DNA from: Dehalococcoidia bacterium
Lineage (GTDB): Bacteria; Chloroflexota; Dehalococcoidia; Bin125
Direction: 5' to 3'
Assembly (NCBI GenBank): GCA_963663235.2
Contig: CAXXNO010000004.1
Coordinates: 832,001-896,000, forward strand
DNA length: 64,000 nt
A program made the translations under genes and the position numbers. The notes below the pieces were generated by a model. That model saw nothing but the letters and a program-made list of their open reading frames with translations, searched no databases and was not told the DNA's origin. This document shows positions 37,956 through 47,093 of this stretch, in pieces (positions within the stretch are counted from its first letter, which is position 1; every line of letters begins with the position of its first letter).

Positions 37956-38432
37956 CTATCCCCTCATGTTCGCGGCGGCATGCAGGACCGCCTGGACGAT
38001 CTTGTCGTAGCCGGTGCAGCGGCAGAGGTTGCCGGCCAGCCAGAGGCGCACGTCGTCCTCCGTGGGCGCGGAGTTCTGGTCGAGCAGGGCCTTGGCCGCC
38101 ACGATGAAGCCCGGCGTGCAGATCCCACACTGGAGCGCGGCGTCCTGGAGGAAGGCCTGCTGAATGGGGTGCAGGGCATCGGCGGTGGCGATCCCCTCGA
38201 TGGTCGTGATCGTGGATCCCGCCACTTCGGGCGCCATCACCAGACAGGAGCAGACGATGCGACCGTCCAGGATCACGGTGCAGGCGCCGCAGTTGCCGTT
38301 GTTGCAGCCCTCCTTGGTGCCGATGAGGCCGACGCGGTCTCGCAGCGCCTCCAAGAGGCTGTCCCGCTCGGAGGCGAGGAACTGGGTAGCCTCGCCGTTG
38401 ATGGTCGCGCCGATGACGATGGGATCGGTCAT
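37956..38432 (-). CDS. Xanthine dehydrogenase family 2Fe-2S subunit
   Basis: GTKEGCNNGNCGAC, QCGICTPG, GNLCRCTGY motifs. Confidence 0.95.
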   Translation of the reverse strand: MTDPIVIGATINGEATQFLASERDSLLEALRDRVGLIGTKEGCNNGNCGACTVILDGRIVCSCLVMAPEVAGSTITTIEGIATADALHPIQQAFLQDAALQCGICTPGFIVAAKALLDQNSAPTEDDVRLWLAGNLCRCTGYDKIVQAVLHAAANMRG

Positions 38433-38433
38433 G

Positions 38434-39303
38434 TCAGACGCCCCGTGCCCGATCGGCGGCTGCGCGGAGACTGCGCTCCGTGAGCACCGCGGCCAGATGC
38501 TTGCGCTGTTTGATGGAGCCGCGCATATCCTCGATGGGGCGAGCATCGGCGCGGGCGGCGGCAGCGGCGGCGGCGATGGTGACATCAGACAGGGGGTCGC
38601 CGACCAACGCCTGCGCGGCGTCGGCAACGAGCAGCGGTGTCGGCGCGACCGCGCCGATGGCGACTCTGGCCCAACGGACGCGACCGTCGTCGAAACGGAG
38701 TTGTGAGGCGGCGTTGGCCACCGCGATGTCCATCTCCCCGCGGGGGATGAAGCGCTGGAACGCAGCGCCGCTGTCGGGGTGCGGCGGGGGCAGCCGTAAC
38801 GACACCAGGAACTCCCCGGGCGCCAGCGCGTTGGTCCCCGGCCCCGTGCAGAAGTCTTCAACGGGGAGAGTACGCCGACCGCCGGGCCCCGCGATGCCCG
38901 CCTCCGCCGCCAACACGATCAGCGAGGGAATGCCATCGGCGGCCGGCGAGGCGTTGCACAGATTGCCGCCAAGACTGGCGCGCCCTTGGATGGCGATGCC
39001 GCCGATCAGGGATGCGCTATCGACCAGGCAAGGGTAGTGACTCCGAACCGCCTCGTGGCGGGCGATCTGATAGCAGGGGGCTGCAGCGCCGATGGTGAGG
39101 CCTTGGTCGGGGTCGTAGGTGATGGACATGGCTTCCGGCAGCGCCTTGATATCGACGAAAAGATTGATATCACGACGACGCTCCCGCGCCTGCACGATCA
39201 CGTCCGTGCCGCCGGCAAGGACGCGCGCGCCCGAGCCACCCTGCTCCAGCAAGGCCACTGCCTCTTCCACCGATGATGGACGCGCGTAGCGCAGCGCCTG
39301 CAA
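38434..39303 (-). CDS. Xanthine dehydrogenase family FAD-binding subunit
   Basis: LAGGTD, RASLGGNLCNASPAAD, GAVAPTP, DMRGS motifs; TTG start after GGAGGG. Confidence 0.92.
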   Translation of the reverse strand: MQALRYARPSSVEEAVALLEQGGSGARVLAGGTDVIVQARERRRDINLFVDIKALPEAMSITYDPDQGLTIGAAAPCYQIARHEAVRSHYPCLVDSASLIGGIAIQGRASLGGNLCNASPAADGIPSLIVLAAEAGIAGPGGRRTLPVEDFCTGPGTNALAPGEFLVSLRLPPPHPDSGAAFQRFIPRGEMDIAVANAASQLRFDDGRVRWARVAIGAVAPTPLLVADAAQALVGDPLSDVTIAAAAAAARADARPIEDMRGSIKQRKHLAAVLTERSLRAAADRARGV

Positions 39304-39416
39304 GCCGACAACCCTCCAGCGGCGCGACCGCACCCGGCCGCACTGCCTGACAGGATACCGCAGCGCGGGGGCAGCGGCGGCCGAGGCGCAGCGAGATTGG
39401 CGGCGCGCAGGAGCCG

Positions 39417-40808
39417 TCAGTCGGACGAGGGCCCGCGGGGCACCCCATCCGGCGCCGGTGGGACCCACGGCGGCAGCAGTCGCAGCAGGGTGTAGCCGCC
39501 GACGGCCGCGACGATCGACGCGGCGGTGATGCCGATCTTGGCATTGCTCACCAGTTGCGGATCGTCGAAGGAGAGGTTGGCGATGAAGATGGCCACCGTA
39601 AAGCCGATGCCGCCGAGCAGCGCCACGCCAATGAGCTGGTCCCAGCGCATGCCGGGGGGCTTGGCGGCGAGACCGAGCCGGAGCGCCAGGAAGCTAAAGC
39701 CCGTGATGCCCAGGATCTTGCCCAGCACCAGCCCGGACGCCACGCCCCAAGCGAGCGAGGATCCCGCAGCGTCCGGCAAGGCGCTCCCCCGGAGATCGAT
39801 GCCCGCGTTGGCCAAGGCGAAGATGGGCACGATGACAAAGCTGCTCCAGGGCACAATCAGCCGCTCCAGCCGCTCCAGCGGGCTGGAACTCTCGCGCGCC
39901 AAGTCCTCGATGCCGCGAAGGGCATGGTCCACCCGCTCGCGGCGCTCGCTCGGGTCCGGTACGGCGAGCCCATCGCGATAGTCCTCTTCCAAGCGGTGGG
40001 CGGACTCCTGGAAGCGTTCACGGGCGTAGAGGGGCGAGGCCGGCGTCATGAGCCCGAGGACCACGCCGGAGAGGGTCGCTTCGATGCCGGACTCAAACGT
40101 CGCCAGCCAGAGCGCGGCGGCCACCACGGCGTAGGCGGGGATGGCGCGCACGTGCGCGCGCTGCATGAGCCAGATCAGCGCCACCAGCGCGATGGCGATG
40201 CCCAGCGCCGTGACGTCCAGGTCTTCGGTGAAGAGCACGGCGATCAGCACGATGCCACCGACGTCGTCGGCGACAGCCAGGGCGAGGAGGAAGATCTTTA
40301 GCTGGAAGGGCACCCGCCGGCCCAGCAAGGACAGCACGCCGAGCGCGAAGGCGATATCCGTGGCGACGGGGATCGCCCAGCCATCGGCGGCGTTGCTGCC
40401 GGCATTGAGGGCGAGGAAGAACGCTGCCGGCACGATCATCCCGCCCAGCGCGCCCATCACTGGCAGCGTCGCCTGGCGGCGGCTGGAGAGCTCGCCGTGC
40501 ACGAGCTCGCGCTTGATCTCCATCGCCACAACGAGGAAGAAGAAGGTCATCAATAGATCGTTCACCCATGCCTCGAGCGGTTCGACGATGTGAACGATCG
40601 AGAGGTCGATCGAGAGTTCGGAGTTCCAGAAGTCGTGGTAGCTGTCGGGCGCGACGTTCACCCAGATGAGTGCGGCGACAGCGCCGGCCAGGAGGACCAG
40701 CCCGCCGGCCGCCTCGATGCGCATGAACTCGACGGCCGGCCGCACGAGGAGGCGCGCCAGAAACCGATCGCTATCGAACCAAGGCCGGCGATCCCAGGGG
40801 GTGGTCAC
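39417..40808 (-). CDS. nhaA: Na+/H+ antiporter NhaA
   Basis: WVNDLLM, EIKRE, GWAIPVATDIAF, LAVADD, PIFALANAG, GIGFT motifs. Confidence 0.95.
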   Translation of the reverse strand: MTTPWDRRPWFDSDRFLARLLVRPAVEFMRIEAAGGLVLLAGAVAALIWVNVAPDSYHDFWNSELSIDLSIVHIVEPLEAWVNDLLMTFFFLVVAMEIKRELVHGELSSRRQATLPVMGALGGMIVPAAFFLALNAGSNAADGWAIPVATDIAFALGVLSLLGRRVPFQLKIFLLALAVADDVGGIVLIAVLFTEDLDVTALGIAIALVALIWLMQRAHVRAIPAYAVVAAALWLATFESGIEATLSGVVLGLMTPASPLYARERFQESAHRLEEDYRDGLAVPDPSERRERVDHALRGIEDLARESSSPLERLERLIVPWSSFVIVPIFALANAGIDLRGSALPDAAGSSLAWGVASGLVLGKILGITGFSFLALRLGLAAKPPGMRWDQLIGVALLGGIGFTVAIFIANLSFDDPQLVSNAKIGITAASIVAAVGGYTLLRLLPPWVPPAPDGVPRGPSSD

Positions 40809-41087
40809 AGACGATCCTTCGGGAACGTCGACGGGCGCGTCAGAGGCCCGTCGACGCTCCAGCGTGCGGACGCGGCCGCGGACATCTGCGTCGTAGGTTA
40901 GAGGCGGGTGGCGGAAGGGTCATCTATCGGGGCGCCGCCGCCGGGGCATGCTCGCTTTCCCTCGCATCCCTCGGCCCCTCTGGTCAGCCGATGGCGCGCC
41001 CGGCGAGCGGGCCTACGATCGAAGGAAACCGGGACCGCCGGTCACAGCGCGGACTGCGCCAGCCAGCGCAGCGGAGATGGAGACGCC

Positions 41088-43309
41088 TTGAGCAGCGAAG
41101 CGATGGCCGTCCTCTTGGTGGAGGACAACGCGCTTGATGCCCGGCGAATCGAAAAGATCCTGGCCGAGGGACCCGGGGGCGGCTTCAGCGTCCACCGCGC
41201 CCCCACCCTGCGCGACGGCATCGAAGCGTTGAAGCGGGGACGGTACGACGTCATCCTGCTGGACCTGGTCCTGCCGGACAGCCACGACCTGCGCACGCTG
41301 CGCCGCATCCAGGCGCACGACGATCGCACGCCCATTGTCGTGCTGAGCAACCGGGAGGACGCGGAGATGGCGGCCACGGCCGTCCAGGAGGGCGCCCAGG
41401 ACTTCCTCATGAAGGCGCACGTGCACCCCCGGAGGTGCTGCGGCGATCCGTCCGCTACGCGGTGGAGCGGCAGGCGCTTCGCGACAGGCTGCGCCGCTCC
41501 GAGCGGCAGTTTCGTCGCTCGCTGGAACTGGCGCCGGACCCGATCTGGATCCTGGACGGCGCCGGCCGGGTGCGGTACGTCAACGACCAACTCGCCCGCG
41601 TGCTGGACTTTCCCGCCGCCGACATCCTGGGCCGCCCCTGGGCCGAATTTCTGACCCAGGCGGAGGCGGAGCGCTTCGAACGGCTGAGCGCCGAGACGCG
41701 CCGCGCGAGCAGCGGGCACGTGATGGTGCGCGTGCGGCGTCGCGACGGGGTGGACGTCCCGCTGGAGCTGCACGCCGTCGATCTGGCCAACGGCGACCTG
41801 CAGATCATCGGACGGGACATGACCGCCTGGCTGTTGACCCAGGAGGCGCTGCGGGCCAGCCAGCAACGCCTGTCGCGCATCCTCGAGTCGGCGATGGATG
41901 CCATCATCACCATCGACGAGGAACGACACATCGTCCTGTTCAACGACGCCGCGGCGCGGACGTTCCGCTGCACCGAGACTGAGGCGCTGGGTCAGTCCAT
42001 CGACCGCTTCCTGCCGGAGGCAGCGCGGGACGAATTTCGCGCGCTGCTGGGCGCCGACGCTGGGCGCGCCACGCTGGCAGCCCAGCGGTCGGACGGCGAG
42101 CTGTTTCCGATTGAGGCGACCGTCTCCCGAGCAGAGGTCGGCGGCAAGCAGCTCTTCACTGCCATCATCCGTGACCTGAGTGAGCGGGTGCGGGCCAACG
42201 AGGCGCTCCGGGAGTCGGAGCAGTTCGCTCAGTCAACGCTGGACGCCCTGGCCGATTCGATCGCGATCCTGGACGAGGACGGGGCCGTGATCGCCGTGAA
42301 CGCTGACTGGCGCCAGGGCCGTGCGGCGCTGCCGCTCCGCGAAGCGGAGTCCGGCGGGGGCGCCAGCTTGCTGGCGGCCTGCGAGACGGCTACCGGCGAC
42401 AACGCGCCGTATCTGCACGGGATCGCGCGCGGGATCCGCGACGTGCGGGAGCGCGCCGAGAATCGCGTGGCGGTGGAGTATCCCTGGCGGCAGGCGGAGC
42501 ACGTGGAGTGGTACAAGACGGTCATCACCCGCTTTCACGCCGCCGGGCCGGCGCGGGTGGTGCTGGCCACACACGGGATCGGCGAGCGTAAGCGGGCGGA
42601 GGAGGCGTTGCGTCGTTCGGAGGAGCGCTACCGGCTGCTCCTGGACGGGGCGCCGGACGCCATCTGGCTGGTGGACCACAGCCTGCGCTACCTGTACGTG
42701 AACGACGCCGCCTGCGAGCTGCTGCGCCGGTCGCGGGAGGATCTGCTCGGCCGCCATTTGGCGGAGATGCGCCCTCCGGATGAACTGACGAATCTGAACG
42801 ACGGGTTCCGGCGCGTCCGCGAGCAGGGCACGGCGGACGTGCGCACGCGGTTGCAGCGCGGCGACGGCTCCCTGGTGAGCGTGGAGATCCACGCGGTGGA
42901 CTTGGGCAACGGCCAGTACGAATCCGTGGTACGCGACATCACTCCCTGGATGGACGACGAAAGCGCGCGCCAGGCGTCGCAGGAGCGGTACCTGCAGGCG
43001 CTGGACCGCGCCACGGAGGGGATCTGGTTCCTGGACCGCCGTGGCATCTGCACGTACATCAACGACTCCGCCTGCTCCATTCTCCTGCGCGAGCGGGAAC
43101 AGGTGGTGGGGCATCCACTGGCCGAGTTCGCTCCGGAGGAGGAGTTGCCCGCCATTCGTGCGGCGCTGCAGCGGGTCCACGAAGAGGGCGAAGCGATATG
43201 CCAGATGCGCCTGCGGCGGGGGGACGGCTCAACGGTGACCGTGGAGGTCGAGGGCGTGGCGCTGGAGAACGGCAGCTGCCAAGCATTTGTCCGCGGCGCG
43301 GCGGCTTAA
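41088..43309 (+). CDS. Receiver domain plus five PAS domains, no output domain; frameshift at the C5 tract 41426-41430
   Basis: VLLVED, LLDLVLPD, GAQDFLMK in the 40908 frame; REC helix 5 (EVLRRSVRYAVER) and PAS repeats in the 41435 frame; start TTG 41088 or ATG 41103. Confidence 0.75.
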
Positions 43310-45600
43310 GGCGTCGAGGCCGGCGCCGAGGCGCGGAGCCGCCCCGCCGCCTCCACCATGGCGGTGAGGCTGGGCCGAACCTCCCGCCAGGCGCGGGTCT
43401 TGAGCCCGCAGTCCGGATTGACCCAGAGTTGGTCGCGCGAGATGAGGTCCAAGGCCCTGCGCAAGAGCGCCTCGATCTCGTCCGCGGTGGGCACGCGCGG
43501 CGAGTGGATGTCGAAAACGCCGGGCCCGATCTCGTTCGGGTAGCGGAAGCGGCCGAAGGCGTCCAGTAGGTCCATCTGCGATCGAGACGCCTCAATCAAG
43601 ATGACATCGGCGTCCATGCGCGCAATCGCCGGCATGATGTCGTTGAACTCCGCGTAGCACATGTGCGTCTGGACCTGCGTCTCGTCGCGCACGCCGGCTG
43701 AGGCGAGCCGAAACGCGTCCACCGCCCAGGCGAGGTAAGCATCCCAATCTTCGCGGTGGAGCGGCAGGCCCTCGCGCAGAGCGGGCTCGTCGATCTGAAT
43801 GACGCGGATTCCGGCGGCCTCCAGGTCCCCTACCTCATCGCGGATGGCCAAGGCGAGTTGGCGCGCGGTCTCGGCGCGGGGCTGATCATCGCGCACGAAG
43901 GACCACTCGAGGATGGTGAGGGGCCCTGTGAGCATGCCCTTCATCGGCCGCTGGGTGAGGGACTGGGCGTATTCGGCCCAGCGAACGGTCATGGGCTCCG
44001 GGCGGGACACGTCGCCGTAGATGATCGGCGGGCGGGCGCATCGGGAGCCGTAGCTCTGCACCCAGCCCTGCTGCGTCACCGCCACCCCGGCGAAGCGCTC
44101 GCCGAAGTATTCGACCATATCCGTGCGCTCGGGCTCGCCGTGGACGAGGACGTCCAAGCCGATCTCCTCTTGGAACCGGACGACCCGCTCGATCTCGGCC
44201 TCGAGGAAGGCATCGTATTCGGCGGCGTCGATGCGGCCGGCCTTGAAGCCAGCGCGGGCGCGGCGCACGTCGTCGGTCTGGGGGAAGGAACCGATCGTGG
44301 TCGTCGGCAAGGAGGGGAAGCGTAGCCGCTCCTGCTGGAGCTGCTTCCGTTTCGCGAAGGGGCTAATGCGGCGCAGCATCGATGCGCTGATCGCCGCCGT
44401 GCGCTCCGCCACGGCGGGGTCGTGGATGCGGGTGGAGGAGCGCCGCCGCGCCTGCTCGTCGCGCCGCGCTTGCAACGTCGAGGCGACCGCGTCGTCGCCC
44501 TCGTTCAAGGCGCGGGCCAGCAGCGCCACTTCCTCGACCTTCTGCTGGGCGAAGGCGAGCCAGGGGTGCAGTTCGGGGTCCAGCGCCGTTTCCTGATCGA
44601 GGTCGACGGGTACGTGCAAGAGCGAACAGGACGGCGCGACGACGACGCGCTCACTGCCCAGCGCATCGACGGCGGTCCGCAGCGTGGCGAGGGCGCGATC
44701 GAGGTCCGTCCGCCAGACGTTGCGGCCATCCACGACGCCCGCGGAGAGCACGAGGCTGTCGGGCAGGGCCGGCAAGGCACGCTCCAGCATCTGGGGGGCG
44801 CGGACCAGGTCCAGATGCAGGCCGGCGACGGGCAGCGCCAGGGCCGTGCTCAGATTCTCGCGAAGGTCGCCGAAGTAGGTGGTGAGGAGAAGCCGCAGCG
44901 CGGGGGCGGCGGCGTTCAGGCGGTGGTAGGCGGTGGACAGGGCGCGCCGCTGGTCCGTGCTTAGGTCGAGGACCAAGCAGGGCTCGTCGACCTGGATCCA
45001 GTCGGCGCCAGCCGCCTCCAGCCGCCCCAGCAACGCCTCATAGGCGGGCAGGAGCGCCTCGAGAAGATCGAGGGGCCGCAGGCCGTCGTGCCGCGCCTTG
45101 CCGAGCAGGAGGAAGGAGACGGGGCCCAGCAGTTTGGGGCGGGTCCGGATCCCTTCCGTCTGCGCCTCAAGGAACTCATCCAGCGGCTTGGTGGAGGCCA
45201 GCCGGAAGCGCTGGTCAAGCTCAAACTCCGGGACGATGTAGTGGTAGTTGGTATCGAACCACTTGGTCATCTCCATGGCCGGGACATCCCGAGCGCCGCG
45301 CGCCATGGCGAAGTACGTGTCCAGGCCGATTTGATCGCCGTCCCCGAGGAAGCGCGAGGGCACCGCCCCGACCATGACCGCCGTATCCAAGACGTGGTCA
45401 TAGAGCGAGAAGTCGTTGGAGGGGACGTGCTGCAATCCGCGATCTTGCTGCAGGCGCCAGGCATCGCGGCGCAGCGCGCGCGAGGCCTCCTCCAACTCCG
45501 CCTCACTGCTCTGCCCGGCCCAGAAGCGCTCCAGGGCCTTCTTCAACTCGCGCTTGGGCCCAATACGCGGATAGCCCAGGCTGCCGGCAACGACCGTCAT
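43306..45600 (-). CDS. metE: Cobalamin-independent methionine synthase
   Basis: GYPRIG..RELK, MTKWFDTNYHY, TTTIGSFPQT, HGEPERTDMVEYF, THMCY, NPDCGLKTR motifs. Confidence 0.97.
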   Translation of the reverse strand: MTVVAGSLGYPRIGPKRELKKALERFWAGQSSEAELEEASRALRRDAWRLQQDRGLQHVPSNDFSLYDHVLDTAVMVGAVPSRFLGDGDQIGLDTYFAMARGARDVPAMEMTKWFDTNYHYIVPEFELDQRFRLASTKPLDEFLEAQTEGIRTRPKLLGPVSFLLLGKARHDGLRPLDLLEALLPAYEALLGRLEAAGADWIQVDEPCLVLDLSTDQRRALSTAYHRLNAAAPALRLLLTTYFGDLRENLSTALALPVAGLHLDLVRAPQMLERALPALPDSLVLSAGVVDGRNVWRTDLDRALATLRTAVDALGSERVVVAPSCSLLHVPVDLDQETALDPELHPWLAFAQQKVEEVALLARALNEGDDAVASTLQARRDEQARRRSSTRIHDPAVAERTAAISASMLRRISPFAKRKQLQQERLRFPSLPTTTIGSFPQTDDVRRARAGFKAGRIDAAEYDAFLEAEIERVVRFQEEIGLDVLVHGEPERTDMVEYFGERFAGVAVTQQGWVQSYGSRCARPPIIYGDVSRPEPMTVRWAEYAQSLTQRPMKGMLTGPLTILEWSFVRDDQPRAETARQLALAIRDEVGDLEAAGIRVIQIDEPALREGLPLHREDWDAYLAWAVDAFRLASAGVRDETQVQTHMCYAEFNDIMPAIARMDADVILIEASRSQMDLLDAFGRFRYPNEIGPGVFDIHSPRVPTADEIEALLRRALDLISRDQLWVNPDCGLKTRAWREVRPSLTAMVEAAGRLRASAPASTP

Positions 45601-45757
45601 CTCTCCACTCACCCAGTTTGCCGCCACACCGGGGTGGCGGGGAAGCGGGCCAACCGGCTCCGCGCTAAGGGAACTCCCCAATGGACAGGCGCACCGCACT
45701 CTCGCTGCCCGGCGGTGGCTCCGGAGGCCAAACTCACAGCGGCCCTCAAGCGCGGCG

Positions 45758-46975
45758 CTAGCGGCCGGCAGCCGTGGCCGCGTTGACGGCCGCGGCCCAG
45801 CGATCGGCAAGGTCGGGGGCCTGCACCGTCTCCAGGATGTAATCGCCGAAGTCCCGAGAGGTGGCGCCGGTGTCGCGGCCGGTCATGACGAGCTTGGCTT
45901 CGTACTGGCCGCAGAGGTCCAGCGCCTTGCCGAGCCGCTCGCCCAGTTCCGGGTAGCCGATGTGCGAGAGCATCATGGCGCCGGCCCGCACCATGGAGGA
46001 CGGGTCCGCGTACTGCGCGCGGCCCTCGCGCACCATGCGGGGCGCGGAGCCGTGGATCGCCTCGAACATCGCGTAGCGCTTGCCGATGTTGGCGCTGCCG
46101 GCGGTGCCGACGCCGCCCTGAAACTCGGCGGCTTCATCGGTGAGGATGTCGCCGTACAAGTTGGGGAGCACCATCACCTGGAAGTCGCGCCGGCGTTTGG
46201 GGTCAATGAGCTTTGCCGTCATGATGTCAATGTACCAGCCGTCCCAGTCGATCCTGGGGTAGTCCTCCGCGACCTCGCGCGCCATATCCAGGAACGTCCC
46301 GTCGGTGGTCTTGACCACGTTCGCCTTGGTCACAACCGTGACGCGGTTCTTGCCGTTGGCCTTGGCGAAATCGAAGGCGGCGCGGATGATCCGCTCGCTG
46401 CCCGGCCGCGAGATCACCTTGAAGTCCACGGCGAGGTCACCGATGGTCACGCCCTCACTGCCGACGGCGTACAGGTCCTCGGTGTTCTCGCGGTAGAAGG
46501 TCCAGTCGATCCCTTCGGCGGGGACGCGGACGGGCCGCACGTTGGCGAAGAGGTCCAACTCTTTGCGCATGGCCACGTTGGCGCTCTCGAGGTTGGGCCA
46601 CTCATCGCCTTGTTCGGGGGTGGTCGTGGGACCCTTGAGGGTCACGTGGCACTCGCGGATCTCGGCCAGCACAGCGTCGGGAATGGCCTTCATCACCCGG
46701 GCGCGATTCTCGATGGTGAGCCCTTCGATCGTGCGGAAGCGCACCTTGCCGGACCGGACTTCCGCATCGAGCAAGTGCTCGAGGATGCGCTGCGCCTCGG
46801 CGGAGATGGCCGGACCGATGCCGTCGCCGCCCAGGACACCGATGACGATCTGCGGGAGGGCCTGGTAGTCGACCCAGTCCTTCTCCTTCGTGATCCGATC
46901 GACCCTGGCCAGCTGCGTCTCGATCAGCCGGCCGAAATGCTCCTTCGCCTCGTCGACAGACTGTGCCTTCAGCAC
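45758..46975 (-). CDS. Isocitrate/isopropylmalate dehydrogenase family protein
   Basis: GDGIGP, LKGPTTTP, RENTED, TKANVVK, NLYGDILTD, FEAIHGSAP motifs. Confidence 0.92.
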   Translation of the reverse strand: MLKAQSVDEAKEHFGRLIETQLARVDRITKEKDWVDYQALPQIVIGVLGGDGIGPAISAEAQRILEHLLDAEVRSGKVRFRTIEGLTIENRARVMKAIPDAVLAEIRECHVTLKGPTTTPEQGDEWPNLESANVAMRKELDLFANVRPVRVPAEGIDWTFYRENTEDLYAVGSEGVTIGDLAVDFKVISRPGSERIIRAAFDFAKANGKNRVTVVTKANVVKTTDGTFLDMAREVAEDYPRIDWDGWYIDIMTAKLIDPKRRRDFQVMVLPNLYGDILTDEAAEFQGGVGTAGSANIGKRYAMFEAIHGSAPRMVREGRAQYADPSSMVRAGAMMLSHIGYPELGERLGKALDLCGQYEAKLVMTGRDTGATSRDFGDYILETVQAPDLADRWAAAVNAATAAGR

Positions 46976-47093
46976 GGCGTCCCTCCAAGCGGCTGCAACG
47001 TGCCGCGATGTAGCGGCTCTCTGCGCGCGACAGCCCGCCGAGTGTCGCCCGTTCCGCCGCTGTGGCGCAAGCGAAGCCGCAGCATCGTCCGGG

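Noticed and set aside
35672-39303. Aerobic CO dehydrogenase (coxMSL)
   Set aside because: The large subunit has AYRAPG rather than AYxCSFR (form I) or AYRGAGR (form II), so it is a generic XDH-family enzyme
45601-45757. Cobalamin, SAH or T-box riboswitch for metE
   Set aside because: No B12 box on the sense strand (AAGGGAA/CTGCCC occur only antisense); SAH P1 and P4 pairing is absent; no GGTGGNACC T-box
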